Below are positions 1 to 12,477 of a stretch of 36,821 bases of DNA, one piece after another (the first letter of the stretch is position 1; each line of letters begins with the position of its first letter). The translations under genes were made by a program, and so were the position numbers. Source of the DNA: an uncultured Bacteroidales bacterium (GTDB taxonomy: Bacteria; Bacteroidota; Bacteroidia; Bacteroidales; VadinHA17); NCBI GenBank assembly GCA_963747625.1, contig CAVVGP010000154.1, positions 1-36,821 of the forward strand, written 5' to 3'. The notes under the pieces are model-generated. The model ran no database searches, was not told where the DNA came from, and saw nothing but the letters and a program-made list of their open reading frames with translations.

Positions 1-237
1 ACCCCTTATCAGGCTGTACCAAATACAATTCCACTCGACGAAATGAATCCTCAGCTATTATCATTAAAAGGTAAAGCCCGTTCCTTCGCAGAAAAAAGTA
101 TGCTTCCCGAATTCAACGGAATTGACTCAGGAGATGATGATCTTTTGAATAGGATCCTTTGGTTCGCAGCAAAAGGAAATACACCTTACCCTGCAAAGTT
201 TGCAGGTGGAAAGAATTATAAAGATGATGATGACTAA
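1..237 (+). CDS. C-terminal fragment of a probable phosphoesterase/alkaline-phosphatase-family (YncE beta-propeller fusion) protein; 5' partial
   Basis: Frame 1 is open from the window edge (TPYQAVPNTIPLDEMNP...DDDLLNRILWFAAKGNTPYP...DDD*). This resembles the C-terminus of Bacteroidota YncE/phosphoesterase fusions, from recall only. Confidence 0.5.
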   Translation, partial: TPYQAVPNTIPLDEMNPQLLSLKGKARSFAEKSMLPEFNGIDSGDDDLLNRILWFAAKGNTPYPAKFAGGKNYKDDDD

Positions 238-304
238 TTATCTGGCTGCCAGTAAACCATCCCACCATGAATTATTAATAGAAATTCCAGAGTGCACTCC
301 TCCT

Positions 305-398
305 TCGTCTTCCTTCGTGTGGTACTTTGTGATCCTTTGTAGTAAAGACAATAGTTCACCACAAAGACACACAAAAGATAACATCAAGGTTCTCAAAG
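305..398. repeat. Short-period imperfect inverted repeat element (CTTTGTG-type / CACAAAG-type)
   Basis: cttcgtgtggtactttgtgatcctttgtagtaaa followed by caccacaaagacacacaaaag; the two arms are approximate reverse complements. Confidence 0.55.
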
Positions 399-414
399 AT
401 AAAAAAACAATATT

Positions 415-2445
415 ATGTATAACCCTCTCTTACAGAAATGGAAAACTCCTTTTGGAACTCCTCCATTTGACCTTATTGAAACAAATCATTTCCAACCAGC
501 CATAGAAGAAGCCATTAAGTCAGCTGCGGAAGAAATAAATTTCATTTCGGAAAATAATGAATTGCCTGATTTTGAAAACACCATCGCTTCTCTCGACAGG
601 TCAGGGGAACTGCTTGGTAAATTAACATCGCTCCTTTTTAACCTGAACAGCGCCGAAACAAATAAATCACTGCAGAAAGTTGCACAGAATGTCTCTCCAA
701 TATTAACACGTTTCTCAAATGATATTACACTGAACGAAAAACTTTTTAATAGAATAAAAACTGTATATGAATCGAAAGAAACTTCGGGTCTTACTACTGA
801 ACAGAAGATCCTGACTGAGAGGAAGTTCAGAAATTTTCTCCTGGGAGGTGCTATCTTAAAAGAAGATGAAAAAGAACGATTCAGGGCAATATCTGAAGAA
901 CTGGCTACACTTTCACTTAAATTTGAAGAAAACGTACTTGAAGAAACAAATTCTTTTGAGCTCCATATTACTGATAAGAAGGATCTTTCAGGACTTCCAG
1001 AGAGTCTTATAGAAATGGCTTCGATGGAAGCTGAAAGGAGGGAAAAAACCGGATGGATTTTCACACTGCATTTCCCAAGCTACGTGCCATTTATGCAATA
1101 TTCAGAGATGAGGAATCTTCGCGAAATGATGTTAAAAGCATATTCATCACGAGCCTTCAGGGGCAATAAATTTGATAACAGCCAAAACGCAATCAGGATA
1201 GCAAACCTTCGTCTTGAAATTGCAAAAATACTGGGCTTCAGTACATTTGCTGAAATGGTCCTCGTTGACCGTATGGCTGAGATCCCCGGAAAAGTCGAAA
1301 ATTTCCTTAAAGAACTTTACAGCGCATCAAAACCTGCTGCTCAAAGGGACTTTGAAAATATAAGGAGCTATGCTGAAAGCCTTGGACATAAAGATGCGAT
1401 AGAAAGATACGACTGGGCATATTATTCCGAAAAATTAAAGAAAAAGCTTTTTAATATCGACGATGAAATCCTTAAGCCATATTTCAGTCTTGAAAAAGCT
1501 GAGACAGCTGTACTCGGTCTTGCCACTAAACTCTATGGATTAAGATTCGTCAGGAACACAGCTATCCCTGTGTACCATCCGGAAGTGAAGACTTTCGAAG
1601 TATACGATGACGATGATTCCTTTCTTTCAATTCTATACCTTGATTATCATCCGCGTCCCGGAAAGAACGGAGGAGCATGGATGACCAGCTACAGGGATCA
1701 GAAGAACGAGAACGGAAATGAAATAAGACCTTTGATTTCCATAGTGGCCAACTTTACCCTACCTTCAGAAACACGTCCTTCACTTCTGTCATTCAATGAG
1801 CTTACAACTTTACTCCATGAGTTTGGCCATTCATTACATGGAATGTTAAGCAGATGCACATACGAAGGTCTTTCAGGTACTAATGTTGCCCGCGATTTTG
1901 TTGAACTGCCATCTCAGTTCATGGAGAATTTTGCTTATGAAAAGGAGTGGCTCGATACATGGGCAACACATTATATTACAGGTGATAAAATACCTGGCGA
2001 AATAATACACAAGATAAAAGAAGCTTCAACTTTTAATGAAGGATATGCCTGTTATCGTCAGTTAGGTTTTGGCTTTCTCGATATGGCATGGCATACTATA
2101 ACGACCCCCGTTGAATCGAATATAACTGATTTCGAATCTGAAGCTATGGCTAAAACAGAATTGTTTCCCCCTATTGAAGCAGTAAATATGAGTGCCTCTT
2201 TCGGACATATTTTCAGTGGCGGATATGCTGCAGGATATTATGGATATAAATGGGCTGAAGTTCTTGATGCAGATGCTTTCAGCTACTTTACGGAAACCGG
2301 AATATTTAACCGGGAAACAGCTGAATCATTCAGAAAAAATATTCTTGAAAAAGGAGGGTCCGAAAAACCACATGATCTATATGTAAGATTCAGAGGCAAG
2401 GAACCATCAATTGATGCCCTGCTAAAAAGAAGCGGACTAAAATAA
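415..2445 (+). CDS. dcp: M3 family metallopeptidase (peptidyl-dipeptidase Dcp/oligopeptidase A type)
   Basis: Intact 676-aa ORF with LLHEFGHSLH (HExxH), GKNGGAWM, DFVELPSQFME and HIFSGGYAAGYYGYKWAE. Confidence 0.92.
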   Translation: MYNPLLQKWKTPFGTPPFDLIETNHFQPAIEEAIKSAAEEINFISENNELPDFENTIASLDRSGELLGKLTSLLFNLNSAETNKSLQKVAQNVSPILTRFSNDITLNEKLFNRIKTVYESKETSGLTTEQKILTERKFRNFLLGGAILKEDEKERFRAISEELATLSLKFEENVLEETNSFELHITDKKDLSGLPESLIEMASMEAERREKTGWIFTLHFPSYVPFMQYSEMRNLREMMLKAYSSRAFRGNKFDNSQNAIRIANLRLEIAKILGFSTFAEMVLVDRMAEIPGKVENFLKELYSASKPAAQRDFENIRSYAESLGHKDAIERYDWAYYSEKLKKKLFNIDDEILKPYFSLEKAETAVLGLATKLYGLRFVRNTAIPVYHPEVKTFEVYDDDDSFLSILYLDYHPRPGKNGGAWMTSYRDQKNENGNEIRPLISIVANFTLPSETRPSLLSFNELTTLLHEFGHSLHGMLSRCTYEGLSGTNVARDFVELPSQFMENFAYEKEWLDTWATHYITGDKIPGEIIHKIKEASTFNEGYACYRQLGFGFLDMAWHTITTPVESNITDFESEAMAKTELFPPIEAVNMSASFGHIFSGGYAAGYYGYKWAEVLDADAFSYFTETGIFNRETAESFRKNILEKGGSEKPHDLYVRFRGKEPSIDALLKRSGLK

Positions 2446-2448
2446 TAA

Positions 2449-2539
2449 CTTCCGTGCAACCCTGTGAAATCTCAGTGGAACTCTGTGTAAGTTCTTATTT
2501 CTCCTGGTTATACAGAGAAGACACAGAGGGTCACAAAGA
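2449..2539. repeat. ~9-nt periodic imperfect inverted repeat (CTCTGTG.. / ..CACAGAG)
   Basis: tccgtgcaaccctgtgaaatctcagtggaactctgtgtaa ... ttatacagagaagacacagagggtcacaaag, directly after the dcp stop; could fold into a hairpin. Confidence 0.6.
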
Positions 2540-2645
2540 AATGTGAATAGGATTTTTTTAAAACTTGAACTATATTTACTCGTCTTCTATCAATATTGAA
2601 ATATATATTTAACATATTGTTAATCAAAATAATATAACAAATCAT

Positions 2646-5600
2646 ATGATTCTCTTTTTCGAAGCTGAAAATAAAAACATTATTGCGGCAGGTACTACCG
2701 GAAACCTTCCTGAAGCGGAAATAGAAAAATTAATCTGGCTATTCGGGAATGCCGCATTAATAAATAAACCCAATCTTGAAGGAACTTTTATCGGGCCTCG
2801 TAAAGAGATGATAACTCCGTGGAGCACAAATGCAGTAGAAATTACACAGAACATGGGGATAACTGGAATTAAGAGAATTGAGGAGTTTCATGTCTCTTCA
2901 TCTGCAAAACCCCTTTTCGACCCGATGCTGCAGTCGATTTATAAAGGACTGGATCAAAGTATCTTCACAATCGATAAACTGCCTGACCCGGTGTTTTATA
3001 TTGACGATATAAAAAGATATAACCTCGATGAGGGATTAGCCCTTAATGATGAAGAAGTTGCCTATCTTGACCGGTTGAGCGTTTCAATTGGTCGCAAACT
3101 TACTGACAGTGAGGTGTTTGGATTCTCACAGGTTAATTCGGAACACTGCCGTCATAAAATTTTCAACGGAACATTTGTTCTGTCGGGTGATGAAAAGAAG
3201 GAAACTCTTTTTCAGATGATTAAAGGCAACAACAAAAACTAATCCAAACAGAGTCATTTCAGCTTATAAAGATAATTGTGCATTTGTTCAGGGACCCGTA
3301 GTTGAGCAATTTGCACCAGTAACACAGGACAAACCTGATTATTTTAATGTAACAGACTATGAATCTGTTCTTTCCATTAAAGCCGAAACACATAATTTTC
3401 CCACAACTGTTGAACCATTCAACGGTGCTTCAACCGGTACGGGAGGTGAGATAAGGGACGGATTGCCGGTGGTAAAGGTGCATTTCCAATAGCCGGGACA
3501 GCTGTTTATATGACATCCTATCCCCGCCCTGACGGATGAACGTACATGGGAAAAGGCAGACACAGGAAAACCCTGGCTCTACCAGACACCTGAGGATATT
3601 TTAATCAAAGCATCAAATGGTGCCAGCGATTTTGGAAATAAATTCGGACAGCCGCTTATTTGCGGTTCAGTTTTTACTTTTGAACATTTTGAGAACCTGA
3701 AAAAATTCGGTTACGATAAGGTAATAATGCTTGCTGGTGGTATTGGAATTGGCAAAAAGAAAGATTCATGAGAAGGAAATCCCTGAAAAAGGCGACCTTA
3801 TTGTATTGCTTGGAGGTGATAATTACAGGATTGGTATGGGTGGAGGTGCTGTTTCATCGGTCGATACAGGCAAATTCGACAGTGCAATAGAACTGAATGC
3901 TGTTCAACGGGCGAATCCCGAAATGCAGAAAAGAGTATATAATGCAATCAGGGCACTGGGCGAGTCAGTGAATAATCCAATAATATCCATTCATGACCAT
4001 GGGGCAGGCGGTCATCTTAACTGTCTGTCAGAACTTGTTGAAGCAACAGGAGGCAAAATTGATATCAGCAAGTTGCCTGTTGGCGACCCAACCCTGTCGC
4101 CAAGGGAAATAATCGGTAATGAATCCCAGGAACGTATGGGACTTATAATGAAAAGACTGATGTTGAAACTTTAAGAAAAATTGCAGAGAGGGAAAGGGCA
4201 CCTTTCTATATCATAGGAGAGGTAACCGGCGATATGCAGTTCACTCTTGAGAATCCCGTTACAGGAGAAAAACCAATTGATCTTGAACTGGCATCACTTT
4301 TTGGTAATCCGCCAAAAACTGTAATGAATGATACAGTCATTGAAACCAGCTACAAAAAGCTGGAATATTCAATTCATAATATTGAGTACTATGCAGAGCA
4401 GGTTCTCCAGATTGAGGAGGTTGCATGCAAGGACTGGCTCACTAACAAGGTTGACAGGTCAGTGACGGGAAGAATCGCAAAACAACAATGTGCAGGGCCA
4501 CTTCAGCTGCCATTGAATGACCTTGGAGCCATTACCCTCGATTACAGAGGTAAGAAGGGTATGGCTACATCTATCGGGCATGCTCCGGCTGCTGGGCTTG
4601 TTGATCCTGCAGCAGGTTCAATACTTTCTATTGCAGAAGCTCTTACAAATATCATCTGGGCTCCGCTTCCTGAAAAATTAAAAAGTGTTTCGCTTGTCAG
4701 CAAACTGGATGTGGCCATGCAAAAATGCCGGAGAAGATGCAAGACTATATTCAGCAGTTAAGGCAGCCAGTGATTTTGCAATTGACCTGGGCATAAACAT
4801 TCCCACAGGTAAAGACAGCCTTTCAATGACCCAGAAATATAATGACGAGGTTGTTTATTCTCCGGGAACTGTTATAATTTCAGCTGCTGCTGAAATTGAC
4901 AATATAAGAAAAATTGTAGAACCTGTAATAGTGAATGATCCTTATACAAGTCTTCTTTATATTGACATGAGCCGTGATGAGTTTTAAACCAGGAGGCAGC
5001 AGCTTTGCACAGATTCTGAACAGTACTTGGTGATGATGCTCCTACTGTTACTGATCCTGCATATTTTAAAGAAGTCTTTAATACTATCCAGGAACTTATT
5101 CTTAAAGGAATGATTCTTTCAGGCCATGATATCTCTGCCGGTGGAATGTTAACAACACTTCTTGAAATGTGCTTCTCAAACACTAATGGAGGAATATCTG
5201 TCAATCTTACGGCCCTTAATGAGTAATGATACTATAAAAATACTTTTCAGTCAGAATCCTGGTATAATAATTCAGGTAAAGGATGAAGATGAAGTGGCTG
5301 AATACCTTCTTGAGAACGGCATTTCATATTTCTCTATCGGTCACCCTGTTAATGAAAGAGCATTATTCGTCACAAACAATAATGATTTTATAACATTTCG
5401 ATATTGATAAGTTGCGTGATAAATGGTTCTATACTTCGTATCTTCTAGACAGACGTCAATGCGGAGATGAGCTAGCTCTTGAAAGATTTCAGAGCTATAA
5501 AAGCAATGTATTGAATATTAAAACGGCTGATTTTGCAGGAACGTATAAATCTCTCGGAATAAAACCTGAAAGAAGAAAAAAATCAGGAATCAGTGCGGCC

Positions 5601-6345
5601 ATAATAAGGGAGAAAGGGGTCAATGGCGACAGGGAAATGGCTTACGCCCTTTATCTTGCCGGTTTCGATGTTAAGGATGTTCATATGACCGATCTTATTT
5701 CCGGCAGGGAAACTCTCGAGTGAAATAAGTATGCTTGTTTTTGTCGGAGGATTTTCCAACTCAGACGTTTTAGGATCTGCCAAAGGTTGGGCCGGGGCAT
5801 TCAGGTATAATGAAAAAGCGCGCATTTCACTTGATAATTTTTATAAAAGAACAGATACTCTGTCTCTTGGAGTTTGCAATGGATGCCAACTGATGATTGA
5901 GCTGGATCTCTTATATCCGCAGCACCAGGAAAAACCTAAGCTGCTGGTCAATAAGTCACATAAATTTGAATCAGGTTTCCTGGGAGTAAAGATTTTAGAA
6001 AATAACTCCGTGATGCTGGGAAATATGACAGATATGGAACTTGGAATATGGGTTGCCCATGGAGAGGGACAATTCAGTCTGCCTTATCCTGAAAATGAGT
6101 ACAGGATACCCCTCAAATTCAGCAGACATTCTTATCCTGCCAATCCCAACGGTTCAGATTATGATGTTGCAGGGCTGTGTTCAGAAGATGGCCGCCATCT
6201 TGTAATGATGCCTCATCTTGAAAGAGCATATTTTCCGTGGCAATGTGGTTTTTATCCCGATAACAAAAAAGGGGATGATGTGACACCATGGATAAAAGCT
6301 TTTGTAAATGCTAAAGAATGGATCAGTAAAAAGGCAGTAAATTAA
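2646..6345 (+). CDS. purL: Phosphoribosylformylglycinamidine synthase (large fused PurL), split by multiple frameshifts
   Basis: Collinear fragments carry QVNSEHCRHKIFNG, KAETHNFPT, HDHGAGG, NESQERM, WLTNKVDRSVTG, IPTGKDSLSM, GGFSNSDVLGSAKGWA, LGVCNGCQ and MMPHLER. Confidence 0.95.
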
Positions 6346-6421
6346 CCACTCCCGATTCTTACATACTTCAAAATGGCAGGTCGGAGAAAAAAAATATCCG
6401 TAATAAAGTATTTTGCATTTA

Positions 6422-6973
6422 CTAACGAGTTGTCGGAGTCAGGAAAACTGATAAAAGTCTTGAACTCTCAGAATCTGCAGATCCTCCGCTTTTAATTATA
6501 TCTGGAGTAATTTTTTCGCTTATAATCTGAATATTACAGAGTCCGGTATCCTGGATATAAAGTGATCCGATGAATGAATCTGCCCTGAAATATGGAAAAG
6601 TTACATCACTTGAGTTATGTACTATTTTGTCACAGGCAGGATGAGCTTCTATCCTGTTATCACGAATGCTGAGCATCACCGAATTTCTATATTTCAGATC
6701 TGTCGTATCTTTGGTGGCACTGGATAGCCATATATTAAACCTTCCGGATTTTGAAACAACAACATTCCATTCAGCAGTATTGCTGGAAGGATGTGCCATA
6801 TCCCGGTAACAGTCTGCATTGTCAACTTTTAACGAAATAGTTCCATCAGATTGCTGAAAAATCTTATTATGAACAATTTTGTTTTTTGCCTCGGTTTGTT
6901 CACCTGTATTTTTGCATGAATAAAGCAAAACTAACCCCATTAATACGAGCGCCACACATGTTTTTATTCTCAT
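6422..6973 (-). CDS. Hypothetical lipoprotein
   Basis: 183-aa ORF; hydrophobic N-terminus ending in a lipobox-like LYSC. Confidence 0.7.
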   Translation of the reverse strand: MRIKTCVALVLMGLVLLYSCKNTGEQTEAKNKIVHNKIFQQSDGTISLKVDNADCYRDMAHPSSNTAEWNVVVSKSGRFNIWLSSATKDTTDLKYRNSVMLSIRDNRIEAHPACDKIVHNSSDVTFPYFRADSFIGSLYIQDTGLCNIQIISEKITPDIIKSGGSADSESSRLLSVFLTPTTR

Positions 6974-7281
6974 TTTTATGAAATTTGATAGGTTTATGAT
7001 TTTTGCATATAACGTTTAAAAAACATTTTCAGTATATTTTTGTTCGAAATAAAAAAATCAAATAAACTTTGCTTATTAACCAATTCTCAAAACCCTTCTG
7101 AAAAGCCCTTTATGAACCTTCGTTATCCAGATAGCTATCAGTACCTTTCAGTGCCTAAGTGATAAAGGCTAAGACATTAGCCTAAAAAGCAGTATTATAT
7201 AAAACATTGAGAATCAACAAGTCAGAAATCAAAAAAAATATTTCCGTTCAATTCGGTGTGAGCTGCAAAAATTATGATCGA

Positions 7282-9192
7282 TTATGAAATATTTGCCAGC
7301 TGCTTAATTGAACTGAGGTGACTGGTGCTGCTCCTTTTAACAGATTTCGTAATTAATGCTTCAGCAACAATTTCAGAAATATCTGCAACTCTTGTCTCTG
7401 TTACGGCAGAGAAGGTTTTTTTACAAAGCGGACATGCGGTCGCAAGTATATCAGGGGTATTTTTTGTCAAATCAATAACTGCATCAAGAGCAATTTTCTT
7501 TTTCTGAAGGGAGTTTATTTTCATATTGGCAAGACTGCCTCCGCAACAAAGTGAGTTTTCGTCTTCAAAATTGGTTTTTTCAAGCCGTGAAACATGATTC
7601 AGTACCTTCTTTTGGTTCATCATAAATGCCTGATCCTCTTCCAAGTTCACATGGAGAATGATAAACTATCCTTTTTCTCAGGAAATTCATTTTACGGATC
7701 CGTCATCAATAAGCATCTTAATGAATTGTGTATGATGAAGCACCTCCACATCAAGATAATAACTCTCCTTAAATACTTTATAACATATCGGACAGGAAGT
7801 GACAAGAGTGTGAGCGCCTGATTTCCAGATCATCTGGAATTATAATTAATAAGTTCACGTGGCTTCCTTATCCTGTCCTGCAAGCATTAACGGCCGTCCG
7901 CAACAGACACCTCCCTTTTCGTCAATAAAATTATATTTCAATCCTGAGGCATCAAGAATTTTTACCATTGAATTTTTAATTGCAGGTGTCAGATGTGTCA
8001 TGCAACCTGCAAAATATAATATATCAGCCTTTTCCGGGTTCCTTTTCCTGAAGAAAATCATAATTTGAAGAACCATTTGTGTTTCTGTAATGCTGTTTTG
8101 TCTGCTCCTGAAATAACCTTTATAAATATTCCTGATATCATTTTCAGCTTCACCTCCCCTTCTCTGGATCATTCTGATATGGTGAAAGTTCTATTCCAAC
8201 AGGGCATTTCTGATCGCATCTGCCGCACATCAGGCAGTTATCGGCTATATAAGACACATCTTCATTATTACGTATCGCTTTCATAAGGTAAGCTGACTGA
8301 ATATTGGTGATCCCAGCTGAAAAATTAAGCTGACATGCATCAATGCATATTCCGCAGGAAGAGCATGAATAAGTCTGAACTTCTGAATAAGTACCTGCCT
8401 TATCGCCTGTTCTTATTCCGGAATTTCTCATAAAAATCAGGAACAGTTCAGTGGGGATATGCATATATCTTGTAATAGGGAGAAGAATAAAAAAAGTTCC
8501 TAAAGAGATGGAATAAAGCCACCAGAAAGGATAAGCCATCTGCTGGGCAGGAAGGAATGTTGCAAGCCAGGTTCCCAAGTGTTCCTGTGAGAAAACTGCC
8601 TGTCCCGTATGCACCGCTTGTAAAGCTTTCGGCCAGAAGACGGCTTGGAAAAATAAGCCAGAGTGAAGTAAGGGCAATTTTGTCGGTGAGCTTCAGACGG
8701 GTGGTCTTCTTCATCCCTACAATTTTTGAATAGAACCGTTTTAAAATCGCCAATAAGTAACCCTGAAAGAATAAAAGCAAGTATAAGATCCATTAAAAAT
8801 CCATAAGCAGCCTCAAATCCCGTTCTTCCATGACCGGGATTAAAGAATCTGAAAAAGATAGCCTTATAGGGAGCATTAAGATGTTTGGCTCCAAAGATAT
8901 CAGCTTCAATCGTTCCGAATAAAATGAGCAAAAACCAGCCGAAAGCCAGGCTCATATGCATATAGCCCAACCGGAGGTTTGTTTTAAGTATTTTCCTGTG
9001 AATCAGACTCTCCATAAATATCTCTTTAAGGCTCATACCGAAAGCCATTCCGAAAAATCCTCGCTGAAGTCTTAGTTTATCAGGCTTTGAAAGGTCACGA
9101 AACCAGATAACACTTCTGACTACAACATAGACGAGTATGAAGTACAATCCAATATTGAATGGTATTACAAAAGGATCAAATTGCATATCCAT
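7282..9192 (-). CDS. HdrF-like membrane Fe-S oxidoreductase (NarI/HdrE-type membrane domain + 2x[4Fe-4S] + two CCG domains), frameshifted
   Basis: N-terminal transmembrane segments with His residues (GYMHMSLAFGW, TRYMHIPTE); CSSCGICIDAC and CLMCGRCDQKCP; CCG domains YFAGCMTH..CCGRP..TSCPIC and YHSPCELGR..CCGGS..TACPLC. Pieced together across frames. Confidence 0.8.
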
Positions 9193-9521
9193 CTGATATT
9201 TGGAAAGCTTTTTTTGCCAGAACCACTATATTTCTGTGTATTTACTCCACGGGGACAAACAAGTATACATTTCCCGCATAGCATGCACTTTTTCAATTTC
9301 TGACGTACCTGATCATTTTCACCCCGTTTAATAAGAATATTGATTTCCCTGAGGCTGAAACCGGTAAAATTTCCTGATGTACAAGTGGCAGAACATCCCC
9401 CGCATTCAATGCAAAGCCGGAAGCTGGGTTCTTTTTCAAAAATATACTCAGCTATCCTTCTGTCGTTGGAGTCATAGTCGATCTGACGTCCTTTTGATAT
9501 GGTAAAACCAAATTTTTCCAT
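9165..9521 (-). CDS. Small HdrC-like 2x[4Fe-4S] protein (3' end uncertain, probable frameshift)
   Basis: CIECGGCSATC and CMLCGKCILVCPRGVN. Confidence 0.8.
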   Translation of the reverse strand: MEKFGFTISKGRQIDYDSNDRRIAEYIFEKEPSFRLCIECGGCSATCTSGNFTGFSLREINILIKRGENDQVRQKLKKCMLCGKCILVCPRGVNTQKYSGSGKKSFPNIRWICNLILL

Positions 9522-9532
9522 TTTCTCATTTG

Positions 9533-10551
9533 TTATCTTTCAAGATAATCAATTACTTCTGTAACAGCCGCCCGGGCATGTGAAATTGTTTCGGTAATAT
9601 TCATCGGTGCTGTGCATGTCCCTGCATAAAAGACTCCTTCAATATTGCTTTTATTACTGCCAAAATGATTATCGGCCGACAGCAAAAAATCTGTTTTCAC
9701 CTGTATTAAGTCTCGACGTTCCGGCAATTTTTCTGCCTCCTTCTGACATTTCCATCCCAGCCATCAGAACCATCATATCAAGCTCCATTTTAAGCGGCCT
9801 CCCTGCAAGAGTATCTTCAACTTTAATCAATAAGCTTATTATCGATAGTTCTGGCTACTTCAGAAACTTTACCCCTTATGAAATTAACCTCCCATTTTTC
9901 CTGGGCTTCACGATATAGTTCTTCATAATATGCTCCGCCCATTCTCATATCCATGTAAAAGCAAAATACTTTAGTTCAGGAAGATGTCCCTGATCTCAAT
10001 TGCCTGCTTGACAGCAGTGACACAGCAAACTTTGGAGCAATAAAAGTTCCCGACTTTTTCATCACGTGATCCCACACAATGAACTATTCCTATCTTTTCA
10101 GGACATTTCCGTTCTGTCAGAACAATCTTTCCTTTCGTGAACATTTTTTCCAGATCAGCAGAGGTAATTACATTATCATAAATACCATAACCATATTCTT
10201 CTTTTCTCTACTTTTAAACAGATCAAATCCTGTAGCAACTACGATAGCATTAGCTTTAAGTTTGTTACCCTGGCTGGTTTTAATTATAAACTCCTTTTTA
10301 ACTCTTTCAAAACTTTCAATTCTTGTCTCTTTCAGAAAAGTAATATTTTCATGATGTATCAGATCATCGAGATACTTAACAACCTCTTCCCCTTTTCTCC
10401 TGTCGGGGAAAAGACGGTGCCAGTTCCGGATATGACCTCCTGTCTCATTTTCCTTCTCAAGCAATGTAACCAGGCACCCTGCTTTTGCCAGCTGACCGGC
10501 TGTTTCCATTCCGGCAGTACCACCTCCAATAATAATTACATCACTATTCAT
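9533..10551 (-). CDS. hdrA: Short HdrA-like FAD/Fe-S protein (~340 aa), frameshifted
   Basis: IIGGGTAG FAD motif, VVATGFD, CVGSRDEKVGNFYCSKVCC, FYMDMR and GVFYAGTCTAPMNI; no ferredoxin insert seen. Confidence 0.82.
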
Positions 10552-10553
10552 TA

Positions 10554-11621
10554 TCAGACATTTATGAGGTTTTCAGGTATTGGCATCTGCTTTCCGTCTT
10601 TGGTTTTATACTTATCGGTTTTATCATATTCAATCCCAAGTTTGTCAAGCAAAGGTTCAGACTGAACCATATGATACTGCAACCCGAGATCCCATGGGTT
10701 ATATCCGAGAACAAGGCCTGCAAGCTCCTCATAGGTGAGTACCGGAATAGATTCACCGTTCTCTCCATATGAGGTTCCTTCCATCTCTTTAATTGTGTAT
10801 TGCCATCTATCCATGAACATATTGCAGCCCGGACAATTAGTAAGCACCATATCAGGTTTGTATGGTTTCATCGAAGAAAATTTCTTTGGCAGTATTTGAA
10901 ACAGAATAGCCTCTGTTAGCCTGAACGAGGTATTGTCTGAAACCAAATCCGCAACAGTGCCTTCTTTCAGGATAATCAACTACCCTTCCGCCCCACGCTT
11001 CGACCATACCGCTCAATACATTCGGAAATTCAGCCCCTCCGATACCGATTTTGGAAACATCTTTGCATAATGACATCCAATATGTTCCACAACATTGAGT
11101 AGGTTCTCCGGTCTTTTTATTTACCAGAAGATATTTGTGCTTTCTGAGCTATTTCATTTCTGAACTTATAAATTATATCGCTTGAATGAGCAACATTCAC
11201 AGGTATGTCAAATTCCCTGCCGGTAGCTTTAAAAAGGTATTCTCGCGTTTTTTCAAGTTCTTCAGGAAAATGTTTCCAGGTTTCAAGTATTTCAGTATAA
11301 AGGCCAAAAGATGTTACGCAGGAAATAGCAATATTTTTATAACCCGATTCTTTCATCAGTGCAAAATGGCGGGCTATTACTGTCATTATTGTAGCAGAGG
11401 GAACTATATCGCTGTGATAACCTATGCCCGTACATGTAGTATGAGCCGGATTTTCATAGATATCTTTTCCGAGTATATCTCTCATCAGCTTTAGGAAAGA
11501 ACTGCTCTGATCCAGGGAAAAAGCTTTGACGGATACACGACCTGACATAAAAAAAGTGATCATCTGCAATATCTTTCTGATAGTCAGACCAGATTCTCTT
11601 CTTCCCTCCTTTGTTAACCAT
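10554..11621 (-). CDS. hdrB: Heterodisulfide reductase subunit B-like (two CCG domains), frameshifted
   Basis: FFYVRSCIRQ, HTTCTGIGY, ISCVTSFG, EHIGCHY, RHCCGFGFRQ, TNCPGCNMFMDRWQ and PVLTYEELAGL. Start ATG at 11621 overlaps the upstream gene. Confidence 0.85.
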
Positions 11622-12349
11622 TACCTTCTTTGATTTCGTTTGTAGTATGAGTCCCGTTGTTGGTTGTATACACTTCAACAAAATAATCATTATCTGTACC
11701 TTCTTTACTGAACTGTACTCCCATTTCTGATGCTTTTTTCCTGGAAAATCCTTCAATAAGTTCAAAAAGCTCTGTGCCACCGGTAAGATCAAAAATACTT
11801 TTCAACTCATCGAGTGCTTCCTGCGGAATTTTCCTTAACGGACCGGTTCCGATGGCATTAACCTGTCCGCCCAAACGTTCAAAAACATCATTGGTGTTTT
11901 CAAGAATATATTCCCATATCGGTCCCTGTTCCGGATGCATCTTAGGATTAACTGCATAAGCTGCGGCACAATATCCATATTTAAAGATATTTTCACCAAC
12001 TGTTCTCTTTATGGCAAATTGCTGACGACCCTTTTCCGATTCTGTAAAAAAACCCAGTTTCTGAGAAAGGCTGCGAAGAGCCATTATGACAAAACCGGGT
12101 GTGTTCCCTCTGGGGCAACGTGTTTTACACGACATACATTCACCGCAATACCAGATAGTTTCAGACTTTAATAATTCAGCTATGCTTTCTATTATCTTCC
12201 GTCTGGACCGTGTTGATTATTTTTCTGGGATCATAATTGTAAAATTCAGCAGCCGGACAGATTGCAGTACAGACACCGCAATTCATGCATGAGTTAAGTC
12301 CTTCTTCAAACCTTACATCTTCAAGTAGTAAATTATACAATTTCCCCAT
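11614..12349 (-). CDS. hdrC: Heterodisulfide reductase subunit C-like, one frameshift near 12190
   Basis: Read from ATG 12349: MGKLYNLLLEDVRFEEGLNSCMNCGVCTAICPAA..., then IWYCGECMSCKTRCPRGN. Confidence 0.85.
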
Positions 12350-12386
12350 TAGTCCCGGTAAAATGAGAATTGTTAAAAAATTAACA

Positions 12387-12394
12387 CAAAGTTA
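12387..12394 (-). promoter_or_regulatory. Bacteroidota-type -7 promoter box for the hdr operon
   Basis: TAACTTTG (TAnnTTTG) on the minus strand, ~40 nt upstream of the hdrC start. Confidence 0.5.
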
Positions 12395-12477
12395 AATTGA
12401 ATAAAAAAAGAAGGAAAGAAGCTTAAAGCCTATTTATAAGGAGTATTTATACCTATTAGAAAGGCAAAAGGCAGAAA

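Noticed and set aside
2646-6345. Programmed frameshifting or a naturally split purL
   Set aside because: Too many breaks, falling inside domains, with the same pattern in unrelated genes.
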